DNA from: the human T2T-CHM13v2.0 reference genome, Homo sapiens
Reading direction: 5' to 3' (one strand)
Assembly: GCF_009914755.1 (NCBI RefSeq)
Contig: NC_060937.1
Length of the DNA stretch: 64,000 bases
Of the stretch, positions 49,999 through 62,434 are shown piece after piece. The notes under the pieces were generated by a model, which was given only the letters and a program-made list of their open reading frames with translations, searched no databases and was not told where the DNA came from. Position 1 is the first letter of the stretch; every line of letters begins with the position of its first letter. Made by a program: the position numbers and the translations under genes.

Positions 49999-50445
49999 CT
50001 AAAACCACGTTTGCAAAATTACACAGTAAGATAAATCTTACATAGTTGACTCCATCTTGCTTTTAACCTCCCAGCTGTCCTTGGTCATTCCTGGGTACAG
50101 ACCAAATTAACTTTGGGAGAAATTTATAGTTTAGCCTTAAAGCAAGGATGATAATAGCCCTTTCCAAAACTAAACAGCCTTTGTAAAACAATTAAAGAAC
50201 ACAACGTTGAGTATGAGAAGGGCCTGAATTCTGTTAAGTTGTAGGCGTAGTTAAACAATAACCATCCATTGTTATGAATGTCACAAGATTTATAATTTCC
50301 CCAATTACACCTGTAGTTAACATCACTATTGTAGAACATAAGGTTCTACAATTTTGAGATGTCTTTTTAGACTTTTGCATTTCTGAGGATGGCTAACTCC
50401 ACCTGGACTTCTGATTCATGACTCAACTAACTGGTTGTGTGGCCT
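49999..50445 (+). mobile_element. LTR8-family (ERV1) LTR, 5' portion
   Basis: 'aaaccacgtttgcaaaattac..gttgactccatcttgct..taactttgggag'. Confidence 0.8.
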
Positions 50446-51066
50446 GCGGAACCACAAACCAAATAAACCTCTTTTTCTGTGTAAATTACACAGTCTCATG
50501 TATTTCTTTATAGCAATACAAGAATGGCCTAATACAGAAAATTGAGACTGAGGAGTGGGGTGTTGCTATAAAGACACCAAAAATGTGAAAGAGACTTTGG
50601 AACTGGTAATAGGCAGAGTTTGGAAGAGTTTGGAGAGATCAGAAAAATATAGGAAGATGAGGGAATGTTTGGAACTTCTTAGAGACTGGTTAAATAATTG
50701 TGACCAAAATGCTAATAGTGATATTGGCAGTGAAATACAGGATGCCAAGGTCTCAGTTGGAAGTGAGGAATTTATTGGGAACTGGAGCAAAGTCACATGA
50801 GTTATGCCTTAACAAAGAGCCTGAATGCATTCTGTTCATGCCCTAGGGATCTGTGAAAGTTTGAACTTGAGAGTGATGATTTAGGGTACCTGGCAAAAGA
50901 AACTTATAAGCAGGAAAGCATTGAAGAAGTGGCCTAGCTGCTTCTAACAGCCTTCACATTGATGCAGGAGCAAAGAAATTACTTAAAGTTAGAATTTACA
51001 TTTAAAAGAAAAGCAGAGCATACAAGTTTGAAAAATATGCAGCCTGGCCATGCGGCAGAGAAAGAA
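50446..51066 (+). mobile_element. MST LTR 3' end plus start of the MST internal region
   Basis: 'aataaacctcttt..tatttctttatagcaatacaagaatggcctaataca' followed by 'gaaaattg..gagtggggtgttgctataaaga..ctttggaactgg'. Confidence 0.85.
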
Positions 51067-51320
51067 ACTACGCCTATTTTGTCAGAATTCAGGCCCCTCT
51101 CATAATCTGAATCTTAAAAACTTCCATTAGTTTTACAAAGGTGGTTTAGTTTGGGGAAGGGCTATTATCATCTTTGCTTTAAGGTTAAACTATAGACTAA
51201 ATTCCTCAAGTTAGCTTGGCTTAAGCCCGGGGATGACCAAGGACTGCTTGGAAGTCAGAAGCAAGATGAAGTCAACTATGTTAGATTTCTTACCATCATA
51301 ATTTTGCAAAGGCTGTTTCA
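51067..51320 (-). mobile_element. LTR8-family LTR, 5' portion on the minus strand (its 3' end is probably 49943-49998)
   Basis: Ends 'ataattttgcaaaggctgtttca'; inverted homolog of 49999-50255. Confidence 0.8.
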
Positions 51321-51441
51321 GGAGGACAGGAGAAGTTCAGAGGGATACTTTGTTTCTGAAGCCCTTCCAATATCTTTCTTCTCAAAGCACTCAGCACGGC
51401 AAAGCACCATATTTTTGCATACCATTTTCTGAGCCCCAATA
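51321..51441 (-). mobile_element. MER39/MER34-group LTR 5' fragment
   Basis: 'caaagcactcagcacggcaaagcaccatattttt..ttttctgagccccaata'. Confidence 0.55.
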
Positions 51442-51477
51442 GTATTCAATACCTAATAGTGTGCACAGTACTAATAA

Positions 51478-51824
<347 letters not shown>

Positions 51825-51849
51825 TGATGATGGTTTTTGATATCTCTAT

Positions 51850-52036
51850 CAGCCGTGTCCAACCCTTTGAATATGAGGACTTTTTGGTATATCTGTAGTG
51901 GCAGATATCACAAAATTATGCACAGACTTTTTTATTTTTAGCTCATCAGCTATTGTTAGTGTCAGTGTATTTTATGTGTGGCCCAAAACAATTCTCCCAA
52001 CGTGCCCCAGGGAAGCCAAAAGGTTGGACACCTGTG
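51850..52036. mobile_element. MER30/MER107-like hAT MITE
   Basis: TIRs CAGCCGTGTCCAACC and GGTTGGACACCTGTG; internal 'gctcatcagctattgttagtgtcagtgtattttatgtgtggccc'. Confidence 0.8.
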
Positions 52037-52229
52037 ATTAAGCTCATCCTTCTCAAATATTTGTTTTGCATTTCCACTCTATTCTTCTTACTTGTTTTGA
52101 ACCTCTTAGACCCCAAGAATTGACCTAGCCCTAGATGTGCCTGTCATACCTACCCCATCTCCAGAGAGACAAATCAGAAAAAAAATCTGTAACACTGAGG
52201 GCAATGGGTACCAAAAATATGTGTAATAG

Positions 52230-52598
<369 letters not shown>

Positions 52599-52955
52599 TA
52601 AAAAGTAGCAATATAACTTAAGACAATGGGCAAAATGATAGAATTATGAGGTCAAATTGAAAGCAAAACTATGAAAACCTTATGAATACTATTTTAAATG
52701 CAAAAACGATTATACATTACACATTTGATATTTTTCACTCAACTTTTTATTTTCAAGGTCTTTCATAGTTTTTAAACTTATTAGTGGAGTTTTCAGTGTG
52801 TTTCTTTATCCTAAGAAACTAACTTTATAACCCTTTTGCCATATAACTAAATATACCTTATGTATTTATTTTAGGAGGTTTTATTATTATGTAGGTATGC
52901 TAAGGTGAATAGATTAGAAGAAAATTGCAACTGAAAAGATAGTTTCTTAGTCATA

Positions 52956-53956
52956 TACTATGGTCTGAATATTTGTGCCCCTCAATTAATAACTTGAAAT
53001 TTTAACTCTCCGGGTGATGTTATTAGGAGTTGGTACCATTACCCGTGGCAAATATTCAAGTTACTGGTGGCAAATATGTACAGGTCCACAGCAACCTTAA
53101 TTCTTGCCTCCTTAGAAGAACGAATTTGACTGAGGGGTATAAGGCAGAAAAAGAGACTGAGGCAAGTTTTAGAGCAGGAGTGGAAGTTTTATTTAAAAAG
53201 CTTTGGAATAGAAAATAAAGGAAGGGATACTTCAAGAGACCCAAGCAGGCACCGAGTGCCATGTTTAATCATGATCCTAGGACTTTATAGGCTGGCCCCT
53301 TTCCAGTGATTCTTCCCTTAGGGTGGGCGGCCCACATGCACAGTGCCCTCCTTACCCTTGGGAGGTGAGCACTCACAGTGTGTTTAGGAAGTTGTATGCA
53401 AGCCCATCTCAGGCTTTCTTCCCTTTTCCAGTGGTGTGCCCCCAGAAGGTGACACTCCACCATTTTGTCTTTTGATACATATGACTGGGAAGTTGCTTCC
53501 CCCAGGAGCCTGCACTCAATTAACAATTTGCAACAGGTGTGGACCATCAGGAACTGGCCTCTCCCTGGAACCACCAATTTATCACTTTTAGAGAGGCAAT
53601 GTGATAATTGCCAATCATCCAACATTCCTAGTGGATGGAGGAGAGCCTTCCCTGCCCTGCTCATGTCTGCCTAACTACCTGTAACAATACCTTTGGAAAG
53701 TGAGGTAGAAATGAAGGTGGAACTTAGTGCCCTTATAAAAGTGGTCTGAGAAATACCCCCTTACCCTTTCCACCATGTAAGGACACAGCTAGAAGGCAAT
53801 ATTTGTGAACTAGGAAGCAGGCTCTCATCACATGGAGTCAATCAGTGTCTTGATCTTGGACTTTCCAGACTCCCAAGACTGTAAGAAATAAATTTCTGTC
53901 GTTTGAGTTACTCAGTTTATGATATTTTGTTATAACAGCCCCAATGCACCAAGACA
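52956..53956 (+). mobile_element. MLT1A-like MaLR LTR split by MER50
   Basis: TACTATGGTCTGAAT.. (52956-53036) and 53687-53956 ending AAGACA; TSD-like TCATA/ACATA. Confidence 0.8.
53037..53686 (-). mobile_element. MER50-family ERV1 solo LTR
   Basis: Ends 'cctgccctgctcatgtctgcctaactacctgtaaca'; internal 'gaatttgactgaggggtataaggcagaaaaagagactgagg'; TSD-like GTAC/ATAC. Confidence 0.8.
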
Positions 53957-53989
53957 ACATAGTTCCTAAGAGGAAGAAGATATGATAAA

Positions 53990-54285
53990 ATGGGGGTTCA
54001 CACTGAGAAACACGGGGGTCATCTAGTGAGTTCTGGAGAATAGTTGTCTAGTACTTGACCCAGGGGTTGGTAAGGACAGGATAGTCCCCTAGAGTGTGAA
54101 AGCCTGACATGCGATGTTGTCCTGGACTCTAGATTCATTGATTTGTGTTTGAAAGCATGTTCCTGGGTGAGTTGTTTACTATCCCTAAGAACTGGCTAAC
54201 TCTAGGAGGTACAGTCCCTCTAAAGTCAGCAAGGCTCCAATGTCAAAGCATTAGAACACAGAAAATAAAATACAGTGCTAACAAT
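53990..54285 (-). mobile_element. MER74-like ERVL LTR fragment
   Basis: 'gtttactatccctaagaactggcta..gtcagcaaggctccaatgtcaaagcattagaacacagaaaataaaa'. Confidence 0.6.
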
Positions 54286-55069
54286 ATAAGTGAATACAGT
54301 GTTCATAGCTGAATATAGTGCTAACAATATAAGTGGCTTATCAAACAATTTCCCTTACCTATGATACAAAAACAGGAATATCAGAATTTAAGAATCAGGC
54401 ATAGTTTCTGTTAAATCTGTGATGAAAAAAGGTATTTTATATTGTCAATCTAAATTCAAGTTGTGGAAAAACAGAGTACAGACTACTGCCTAGGTCTTTT
54501 CATTTTATTTAAAAAGAAAAAAATTGTATTGAAGTATTTCTATTCAGTATTATTCACATGTGTTTTGAGTTTGGGTAATTGTAGACATGAAATGAGTGTC
54601 AGAAAGGGCCTTGCAGTCTTTGTACTTTTAAATGCTTGTGGATTTCACTGCAATTTAAGGTCATGTAAACAGAGAAAAAACTCACAACTTTGAAATTGCC
54701 ATGCTATTCATCAAGGAAACGTTTTTGGGGACCAATTTTTCTATTGGAATAGAAGATAGAGTAGGTCATTTAGAAGCCCTGCACTGTAAAAGTCCAGGTC
54801 TCGTTCTCCTTCCCTCCCTCATCACAGCTATCTAAATATTTCTTGATCACTCAAAAGAGATAATCTAACCAATGTACAAAGTGGAAAAAAATAGTAAAGT
54901 GTTAAGATGAAGGAGGATATTTCATGCAAATGTATTTAAGACTGGCCTGTTAAACTCAATTGAACACTACTTTTCATATGATTTGAATAGAAAAATATAT
55001 TCCATATATTATTCAGAGTACTATGAAACAAAACTGAGAAAACCTTGGTGTTTTAGAGGACTTTCGTGT

Positions 55070-55770
55070 ATTTAGTCATTCACTCATTTATTAAACAAAT
55101 ACTCGATTGCCTACTGGGAGCCAGTTCTATTTGCTGGGAATTTAATGCTGAGGATGAGAAGCAGGAACCCTGTCATAAAACAGATTAAGGAAATAAACCA
55201 CATCTAATCATATCTATATGCACAAGAGTTCCACAAAATCTGAGACTCAAAGAAGGGCCAGAATATTGAAGCTTATATAATTGCATCCTGAGCTAAAGAA
55301 AGGAATAGGAAATTGGGGCTTCTTGGGGCAACACAAGTTATGGGAAGGTTAGGCAAGGAAATGTATGGTGAATAAAGGTGGTTTTGTTATGCAGAGAAAA
55401 GTCTCCCAGGTAACAATGGATTCCATTCAAGCAGAATGGAATCAATAATCTCACAAGTGTAGACAGAGATAAATTAGTAAAGGAACAAGTAAGCAAAATA
55501 CATTCAGGCTAGTGATAAGAGTTATGAAGGAAGTGAACAAGGTGATAAATGCTGGAAAGGAAGACATGGATTTAGATACAGTGGAAGGATAAAACTTCTC
55601 AGACGAGGTGACATTTGCACTGAAGCCTGAAGTGTAAGACTTTATGGCCTTATGAATCCTTACACTGGAAGCCAAATTAATCGAGAGTTTAGACTGAGCC
55701 TTGATTAGAAGAGAGAATTTTTAAGTGCAATGTGGTTCCATTGAATGACTTTAAGCCAATAGTAACACAA
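55070..55770 (-). mobile_element. L2 3' region interrupted by a 243-bp copied segment
   Basis: 'tcattcactcatttattaaacaaatactcgattgcctactggg' and 'ctcagacgaggtgacatttgcactgaagcctgaa'. Confidence 0.7.
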
Positions 55771-56260
55771 TCTGTCCTTTTGACAAATTAAAAATAAATA
55801 CTGTTTTGGTACGATGCTATTCAAAGTATCACTATGCCTATTTTTCTAAATAATTTTAATTAAGTTCAATATTATGCTTATATGAAACTATTGGACCAGG
55901 ACTGATAGATATGATACAACTTTTATTTGAATATGTTTTTCTTGAATGTCTAAGCAAGTGAAGAATAGCTTCCCTCCACTCTTCTACGTTCCTTGGCTGG
56001 CCTATGAGTTAAATTGACATAAAACAGATTAAGGAAATAAACCACATTTAATCATATATATATGCACAAGAGTTCCGCAAAATCTGAGACTCAAAGAAGG
56101 GTCAGAATATTGAAGCTCATATAATTGCATCCTGAGCTAAAGAAAGGAATAGGAAATTGGGGCTTCTTGGGGCAACACAAGTTATGGGAAGGTGAGGCAA
56201 GGAAATGTATGGTGAATAAAGGTGGTCTTGTTATGCAGAAAAAAGTCTCCCACGTAACAA
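55174..56260 (+). repeat. Dispersed direct repeat, 243 bp x2 (55174-55416 and 56018-56260)
   Basis: Manual alignment: 9 substitutions and no indels (~96% identity). Confidence 0.95.
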
Positions 56261-56545
56261 AAGTAGTCAATGAGCAGCCCTAAGAAGAGAGGACAGCCTT
56301 ACTGGGTTAGTATTGGCCTCTAGGCTCCTCTCCAGCCATTTAAGTCAGTCTTTCGTGGTTGGAAGAATTCCTGAGAAGGGGATTTATGACATGTAAGATT
56401 CATTTGGAGGATCCATCTTTATGCAGATAAGAGGAGCTGAGAAAAAGCCTCTGCCTGAATCCACTGTTTTCCCAAGTGCCTTCAGTTCAAAGTGATCAGC
56501 ACACTGAAGCATCACATTTTGGGGTGACATTTCCCGAATTGGACC
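55958..56545 (-). mobile_element. MER34-group ERV1 solo LTR
   Basis: 'aaattgacataaaacagattaa' and 'caagtgccttcagttcaaagtgatcag..cattttggggtgacattt'. Confidence 0.65.
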
Positions 56546-56619
56546 TACATTTTAGGTAAGATGTACATTCTGATATGCAGCTTTTATTTCATTAACCAAA
56601 TTATATATCTTATATAAAT

Positions 56620-57165
56620 TAGGTGCTCTCAAATATAAGCGACAGATCCTGTGATTCAAACCAACTCTATGAATAAGGAAACATTGTAGTACATAGCAAG
56701 ACGTAGGATAGACTCAATCAGCTGGTGAGTTCAAGTCTCCATCTCTGTTTCTTCGTGGAGCCCCTTGACTCTGGCCCACTGTGTTGCCTTAGCCTTTAGA
56801 TCAACTTCTATTGTGGCCACAAGATGGCAGCCAGCAGCCATAGGGGCAAAAGGCCTTTGTTCATACCTAAAAGGAGAGAGATCTATCCTTTAAATATGGG
56901 AGAAAATGTCTTATTATCTGACTGTGTCCCCTATGGGTGAATAATAGTCATGTCATGTAATAATTCTCTAACATCTGAATTGCTGAAATAATTACAAGAA
57001 AAAGTAGTGGGATTTCCCTAGAGCTAGGCATGCTATGAGATTTCCTTGCACAGAGAATAAGGTGAATTCTACCCACTTTTACTGTCGTCCTCATGTTCCA
57101 GCCAATGAAGCCCAGTGACCCAAAAGGAAGAAAAAATGGGAGATAAATTTTGTGTAGGCAACAAG
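56620..57165 (-). mobile_element. Old MLT1 (J/K/L-like) LTR
   Basis: 'caagatggcagccagcagc' hallmark motif. Confidence 0.5.
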
Positions 57166-57675
57166 AATTCTTTAGTAGTTAGTTATAAGAAAAATTTTTA
57201 TGCTATACCTAAATTTGAAGTTCAGGGATTGTATGACTAAGTATGTACAAGGCACTGCATGGGCTGACCAGAGTATAAAGATAAATTAAGTCTAGTAGAA
57301 AAGTATAGATTTTTTAAATGATAGGAAATGACATCTGAAAATGCTAGGAATACATCTATGGTTCATCTCCCATTGGGCCAGTTTGCTCAAATATGACTGA
57401 AGATATGAGAGCATTTGAACCTTAGAAAAACCACATAATTTTTCTTCTTCCACAAGTATTATTTTTTGCAGATAATAGAATGAATGTGGGAGGTTTTTTT
57501 CTTTTTCTTTAGTAATATCCATGGAATATTTTACTAAAAATATGGACTTTAAAGTCAAATAATGGAGACTCAAAAGTTGATTCTACCTACCACTTAACCG
57601 CTTGGCCACTGGGGTCAAGTAACAGTCTCTCAGCCTCCTCTGAGATAGATATTTATAAAATATCCATTCATAATA

Positions 57676-58035
57676 TTTATTACTCCATTTCCACACTGCT
57701 ATGAAGAACTACCTGAGACTGGGTCATTTACAAAGAAAATAGGTTTAATTGACTCACAATTTCACATGGCTGGGGAGGAACCTTACAATCCTGGCCAAAG
57801 GCAAAGGAGAAGCAGGGCCCGTCTTACATGGTGGCAGGAGAGACAGAGAAAGCAAAATGGGAAGTGCCACACTTTTAAACCATCAGATCTCGTGAGAACT
57901 CACTCATTATTACGAAAACAGCAAGGGGGATATCTGCCACCATGATCCAATCACCTCCCACTAGGCTCCTTCTGACACATGGGTATTACAATTAGACATG
58001 AGATTTGGGTGGAGACACACAGCCAAACCATGTCA
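57676..58035 (-). mobile_element. THE1D/MSTA-like MaLR solo LTR (inside a MIR fragment)
   Basis: 'cacactgctatgaagaactacctgagactggg..catgagatttgggtggagacacacagccaaaccatgtca'. Confidence 0.88.
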
Positions 58036-58779
58036 CAGTAAATACAATATATTATTGCTTTTATGGATTATCTTATTATAATTGTGGATTTCTTTTACAG
58101 TTATGACATACTGTGGAACATTTCTCATAATATCTGGTTCTGAGATACTTGGATATTTGAGGATAACAGAACTCCTTCATAGATGCCTCATTAACAAGTG
58201 ATTTTGAATACATGACTATTTCAAAATGTACCTTCTAATTTATATATTTTCTAATTGCAAATAGGTATATTATATTATGTGCTTGATTCACTGATGATTC
58301 TGCAAAGACCTGGAACACCTATGGATAAATTCAGTTTCTGGAAACAGATGGTTCCATTTGTTTGCTACTGTTTTAAAGGGTTGTCGTCACCATTTTTAAG
58401 TGTCTCTGGCTTTCCGGTGCTAATGCTATTCACCAGTTACAGTTGTTTTTAGACATTTTCAAGTTCTAATATTACATTTGATTTCTTTTTCAATGATGAG
58501 AGTTAATTCTGTTCTGTTAATTATACTTCAAGGCTCAGGCTTTTGTGATACACAAAATTCCTGATGTTAATAATGGATTGCCTCACATCTCCTAGCCATT
58601 ACAATTTTTAGACAACTCATTTAAATAGGGTATGGTTTAAAAGCTTTTATTAATATTAAAATGCTAACACTTTTTGCAATAGCTTCCTGAGTCTTCCCAG
58701 AATCAGGATTCACTAAAAGCAACTCTGCTGGGCCAGCACAGCAGTATGCTCAGTTAATTATAAGCTTCAAGAAGGAGCC

Positions 58780-59060
58780 TCTGGTAGAGATGAATGGTTT
58801 ATATAAAGGGCCTTAGATGTGGGGAAGCATGTGGGACTGAAGACAGTTTGTGGGTCTGAAGGAAAGGGTATGAGCATGGAGAAGCATGGAAGAGATAGGC
58901 TGTAGAGTGAGGTGGGAGCCAAGCCATGGATAATCTTGGGTTTCATGCTAAGATACTTTAAGTCTCCTGTGAAAGAAATGACAGGCCACTAAAGAATTCC
59001 ACCACTGGAGGTAATATCATCAGATTCACAGTTTGAGGGATTTCTCTGGTTGTGTTTCTG
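58780..59060 (-). mobile_element. L2 fragment
   Basis: 'ggctgtagagtgaggtgggagcc..tcatgctaaga..gccactaaagaatt..atcatcagattcacagtttga'. Confidence 0.5.
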
Positions 59061-61769
59061 AACTATAGATATTTATTGGAATCTAAATGCTACTTTTTCT
59101 TATATTTCATATATTTTCTTTTCTATTGTTTCATTTTTTCCCAGACCACATAAATATGTGTGTTTTCCTCATCGATTCTTTTTTTACAGATTATAATGAT
59201 TTGTTATTTAATGGAAGCCTCTACTTTGAAATGTAGAAGGTCACATATTTTAGTCTTGAGATGATGAAGTTTGATTCAGTCACAAAGAACCAAATGTACT
59301 TTTTTACAGACAAAACTGGCTCTACATGATGTTGCTTTGACATTTGATTAACTGCCTTTTTTTTCCCTTTTGGCTGTTACTGATATTTGAAACATTTTAC
59401 AGATTCGCTCTTTGTAATAACATCCTGTCCATCAGCTAATTTCATTGCTGAGATTTCTGCATGCAACTGCTACTGAAATCAATGTCAGCTCTGGGAGCCA
59501 ATCCAAGAGCAGACTTGGCTCAAGTCTACAGTGGTCTACAGAGGTGACTTCATTTACTCTTTCAGTTTGATAGACATAAACTATTCTTAGATGTATTTAC
59601 TGAAAATATCAATATGACTAAAATGTAATAAAAATAAAATTATGTTGTTTTTATGTCCATCACATAAAGGATGCTAAATAGATTAAATACTTTTTTACCC
59701 TGTTTACTCAAAATATAAATCTTTATCCGTATTTTTCATTGAAATCTATATAGTAAGATTGTTAAGAAAAAGAGCCAGAATGCCCTATTTGAGATTTCTT
59801 CCACTTGCTAAGGTCCCACTTCCTGTCAAAGTTCATATCAACCAAACCATTATTTTTTGAAGTTCATTGAATAATTCAACATTTTTTCATTTTATACTTT
59901 TTATCAATAATCACACAGAGAAACACATATTTACTTGCAAGACTGTGTCTTTATTAACACTTTTTTTCCTTCATTTTATTTTTTTTCTTCGTCTTTGTGT
60001 CCCCAGCCTTGAATACACTTCAATAAGCCCTCAGTTAATGCTTGTTGAATTCACAGAGGGAGTTTGGGCCGCCAATAAAGAGAAAAGTTCATAGTGGTCC
60101 TTGCAGAAATAAGTATGTCCATATTTAAAAGAAAAAAATTGCCATGTGTAGATATCATTTATTAATGAATAATGTATATAGTGGATACACAAGTAGGTAA
60201 GTTGATAGATTATAAATAGATACATGATATTTAGATAGATAGTAATGTATAAGGGACCCTTAAAAATGTGAACAAACTTTCTGTGTTTTTTAGTAGAGCA
60301 AATAACACTACAACTAAGATATCCATGTTTTCCATCTTTATCATTATTAGGAAATAAATTTTAGAAATAAAGATTCTTAATTGCAAGCAGTTTATAGCAT
60401 TAAAATGTGAATCCCTAATTTGATTTTTTGCTGAGATATGTTAGAATGACTACAAAAACATGTCTTTGCAGCCTGCCACTTTAATAAAAACCAAACCACA
60501 CCACTTGACCAACCAGAAAAAAAAAACCAAACTCAGACATTGAAAGACAAAAAAGAGTAAGTTTAAATCTCTCTAATCTTAAAAATGACCAGTTTCCCAA
60601 AACTATGTCACATCCTTTTTACCCATCTTGTTCCTTTATTTCTTGGACAAATGTCTTATAAGAATTACACTTATGTTAGCTCTTTCCATTTCCTTCAATG
60701 ACAATCTTTTTCCAAAGCATGGAGGGATAAGCAAAATCTCAGTGCATGAATCTGCTTTTTGTCCTGAGCACATTTGCTTAGATAGCACACTTGGTTTCAG
60801 GGTTTGTGTTAAGTTAGTCGGGGTGGGCAGAAGCCTGTCTATGTGAGAGGCATGTCTTTATATTAAGCCAAAATCTCTTCCATATACAGCTGACAACACA
60901 AAGGGCCACCTCCCTTAGATTAAAGATGGAGCAAAATTAAAGCCGACAGCATCCCCCAACATTGGAGAAATGCAGGGAAATCTGCTTTGGGACTTAGCAG
61001 AATAACAAAAAGAAAAAAAAAGAAGAAGAAGAAAAGAGAATCACTACCTGTTCATATAAATGTTGGGGCACAGTTAGGCCTTTACAGGGATTTAAACACC
61101 TGTATTCAAGGGCTATTTGGACAAGAAACCTTGAAGTTGTAAAATTGGTTTGAATCAGTATGGGCTTTATTACTGTGACTGCAATAATCTAAGCCAGTTT
61201 CTTAGACTAGATTTTTTGACAGTGAAAGCGAAGTCAAAAGTACGTTTTGTACTATGATCTGATTCGTACTCACATACATACACACACAGACATACACACA
61301 TAACTGAACAAAAGTTTCAAGAGATGAGTTTCTCTTGGCACATGTTATATTCTCTAACATTTTCTGTTTTATTATATTTTATAACAAAATACTGTCTGTG
61401 ACCTATGAAACTGATTTCATAACCTAATAATGGGTCGTGTTGTACAGTTTAAAAAAAACAGTAATCTAACAGGAACCATATAGAAATGATACTCAGTCTG
61501 TGTCATCCTGTTTAGTCTTTCTTCCCATATAATAGCCATTTCTGCAAAAGCAGTCCCTTTTCATTGCCTTAAGTAAAACTGCATGGCCACTTGTGTTTTT
61601 CTTCTATGTGGTAAAAACCAGTTTAACTATACAAAATGGACATTATTTGAACTCCTTCGTCAGGTTCCTAAAATATAACTGTGTACAAGTTTACTTATAT
61701 CTATTTGTGCCATTTTCTCAGAGAGAAACAATAAATAAGCACCTAATGCTTAAAAATAAGACATCTACT

Positions 61770-62005
61770 TATGAACAATCAAATACAGTGCATTATTGGG
61801 GAGAAATAGCTATAGAGGAAATTATTGATGTAGGTGGCAAATTTCAAGTACAGAGCGTGTATTATACAATAGTAGTGTATCTAACTTGGATTTCCTAATT
61901 TTGATAATAGTATAGTGCTTATATAATTTTTTCTTGCAAAATACAAATTAAAGTATTTCAGGATAAAGTTGCATAATGTCTGCAATTTCCTTTCAAATGA
62001 CAAAA
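61770..62005 (+). mobile_element. L1MC4/ME-like 3' fragment
   Basis: 'atttcctaattttgataatagtatagtg..aagtatttcaggataaagttgcataatgtctgcaa'. Confidence 0.5.
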
Positions 62006-62029
62006 GATTCACGGAAAAATGCGTATGAG

Positions 62030-62434
62030 TGTTATAAGAAAATCTTGGGACTGTAACTTCTCCCTCAAACCGGAAAGAAGCTGAGATTTGAGATATAAAA
62101 GGGTGACTTGGACAGTCCTGCTTGATGAGTAGATAAGTTTATTAGGACTTACAAATGGGGCACTCCTGGACAGCAGCAGGACAGCTCTAGAGATCCATGC
62201 CACCTCCCATCTCTAAACTGCTTTTAAGCTAATTTTCCAGCTCTTTGCCTACTGTGTTTGAGCAATGAGACTGTTTACCCTGGTAGGTTCTCAGAGATTC
62301 TTCAGGATGTTTGAGTTCCCAGGAACACCTGTACACAGCTGGCCACCATGACCTTGGCTCACTGTCCAGCCTACAAGGGTCAGGCAGCACATATTCACCC
62401 TTAAGTAACCTAGTTGGGGACCCATCACACTACA
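62030..62434 (-). mobile_element. LTR32-like ERVL 3' LTR
   Basis: TG..CA bounded; the minus strand starts TGTAGTGTGATGGGTCCCC and is directly preceded by a polypurine tract (AGGGGATGGGATGGAT). Confidence 0.75.

Noticed and set aside
54270-54334. ~23-bp direct repeat (ATACAGTGCTAACAATATAAGTG)
   Set aside because: Small slippage duplication at an LTR end; common.
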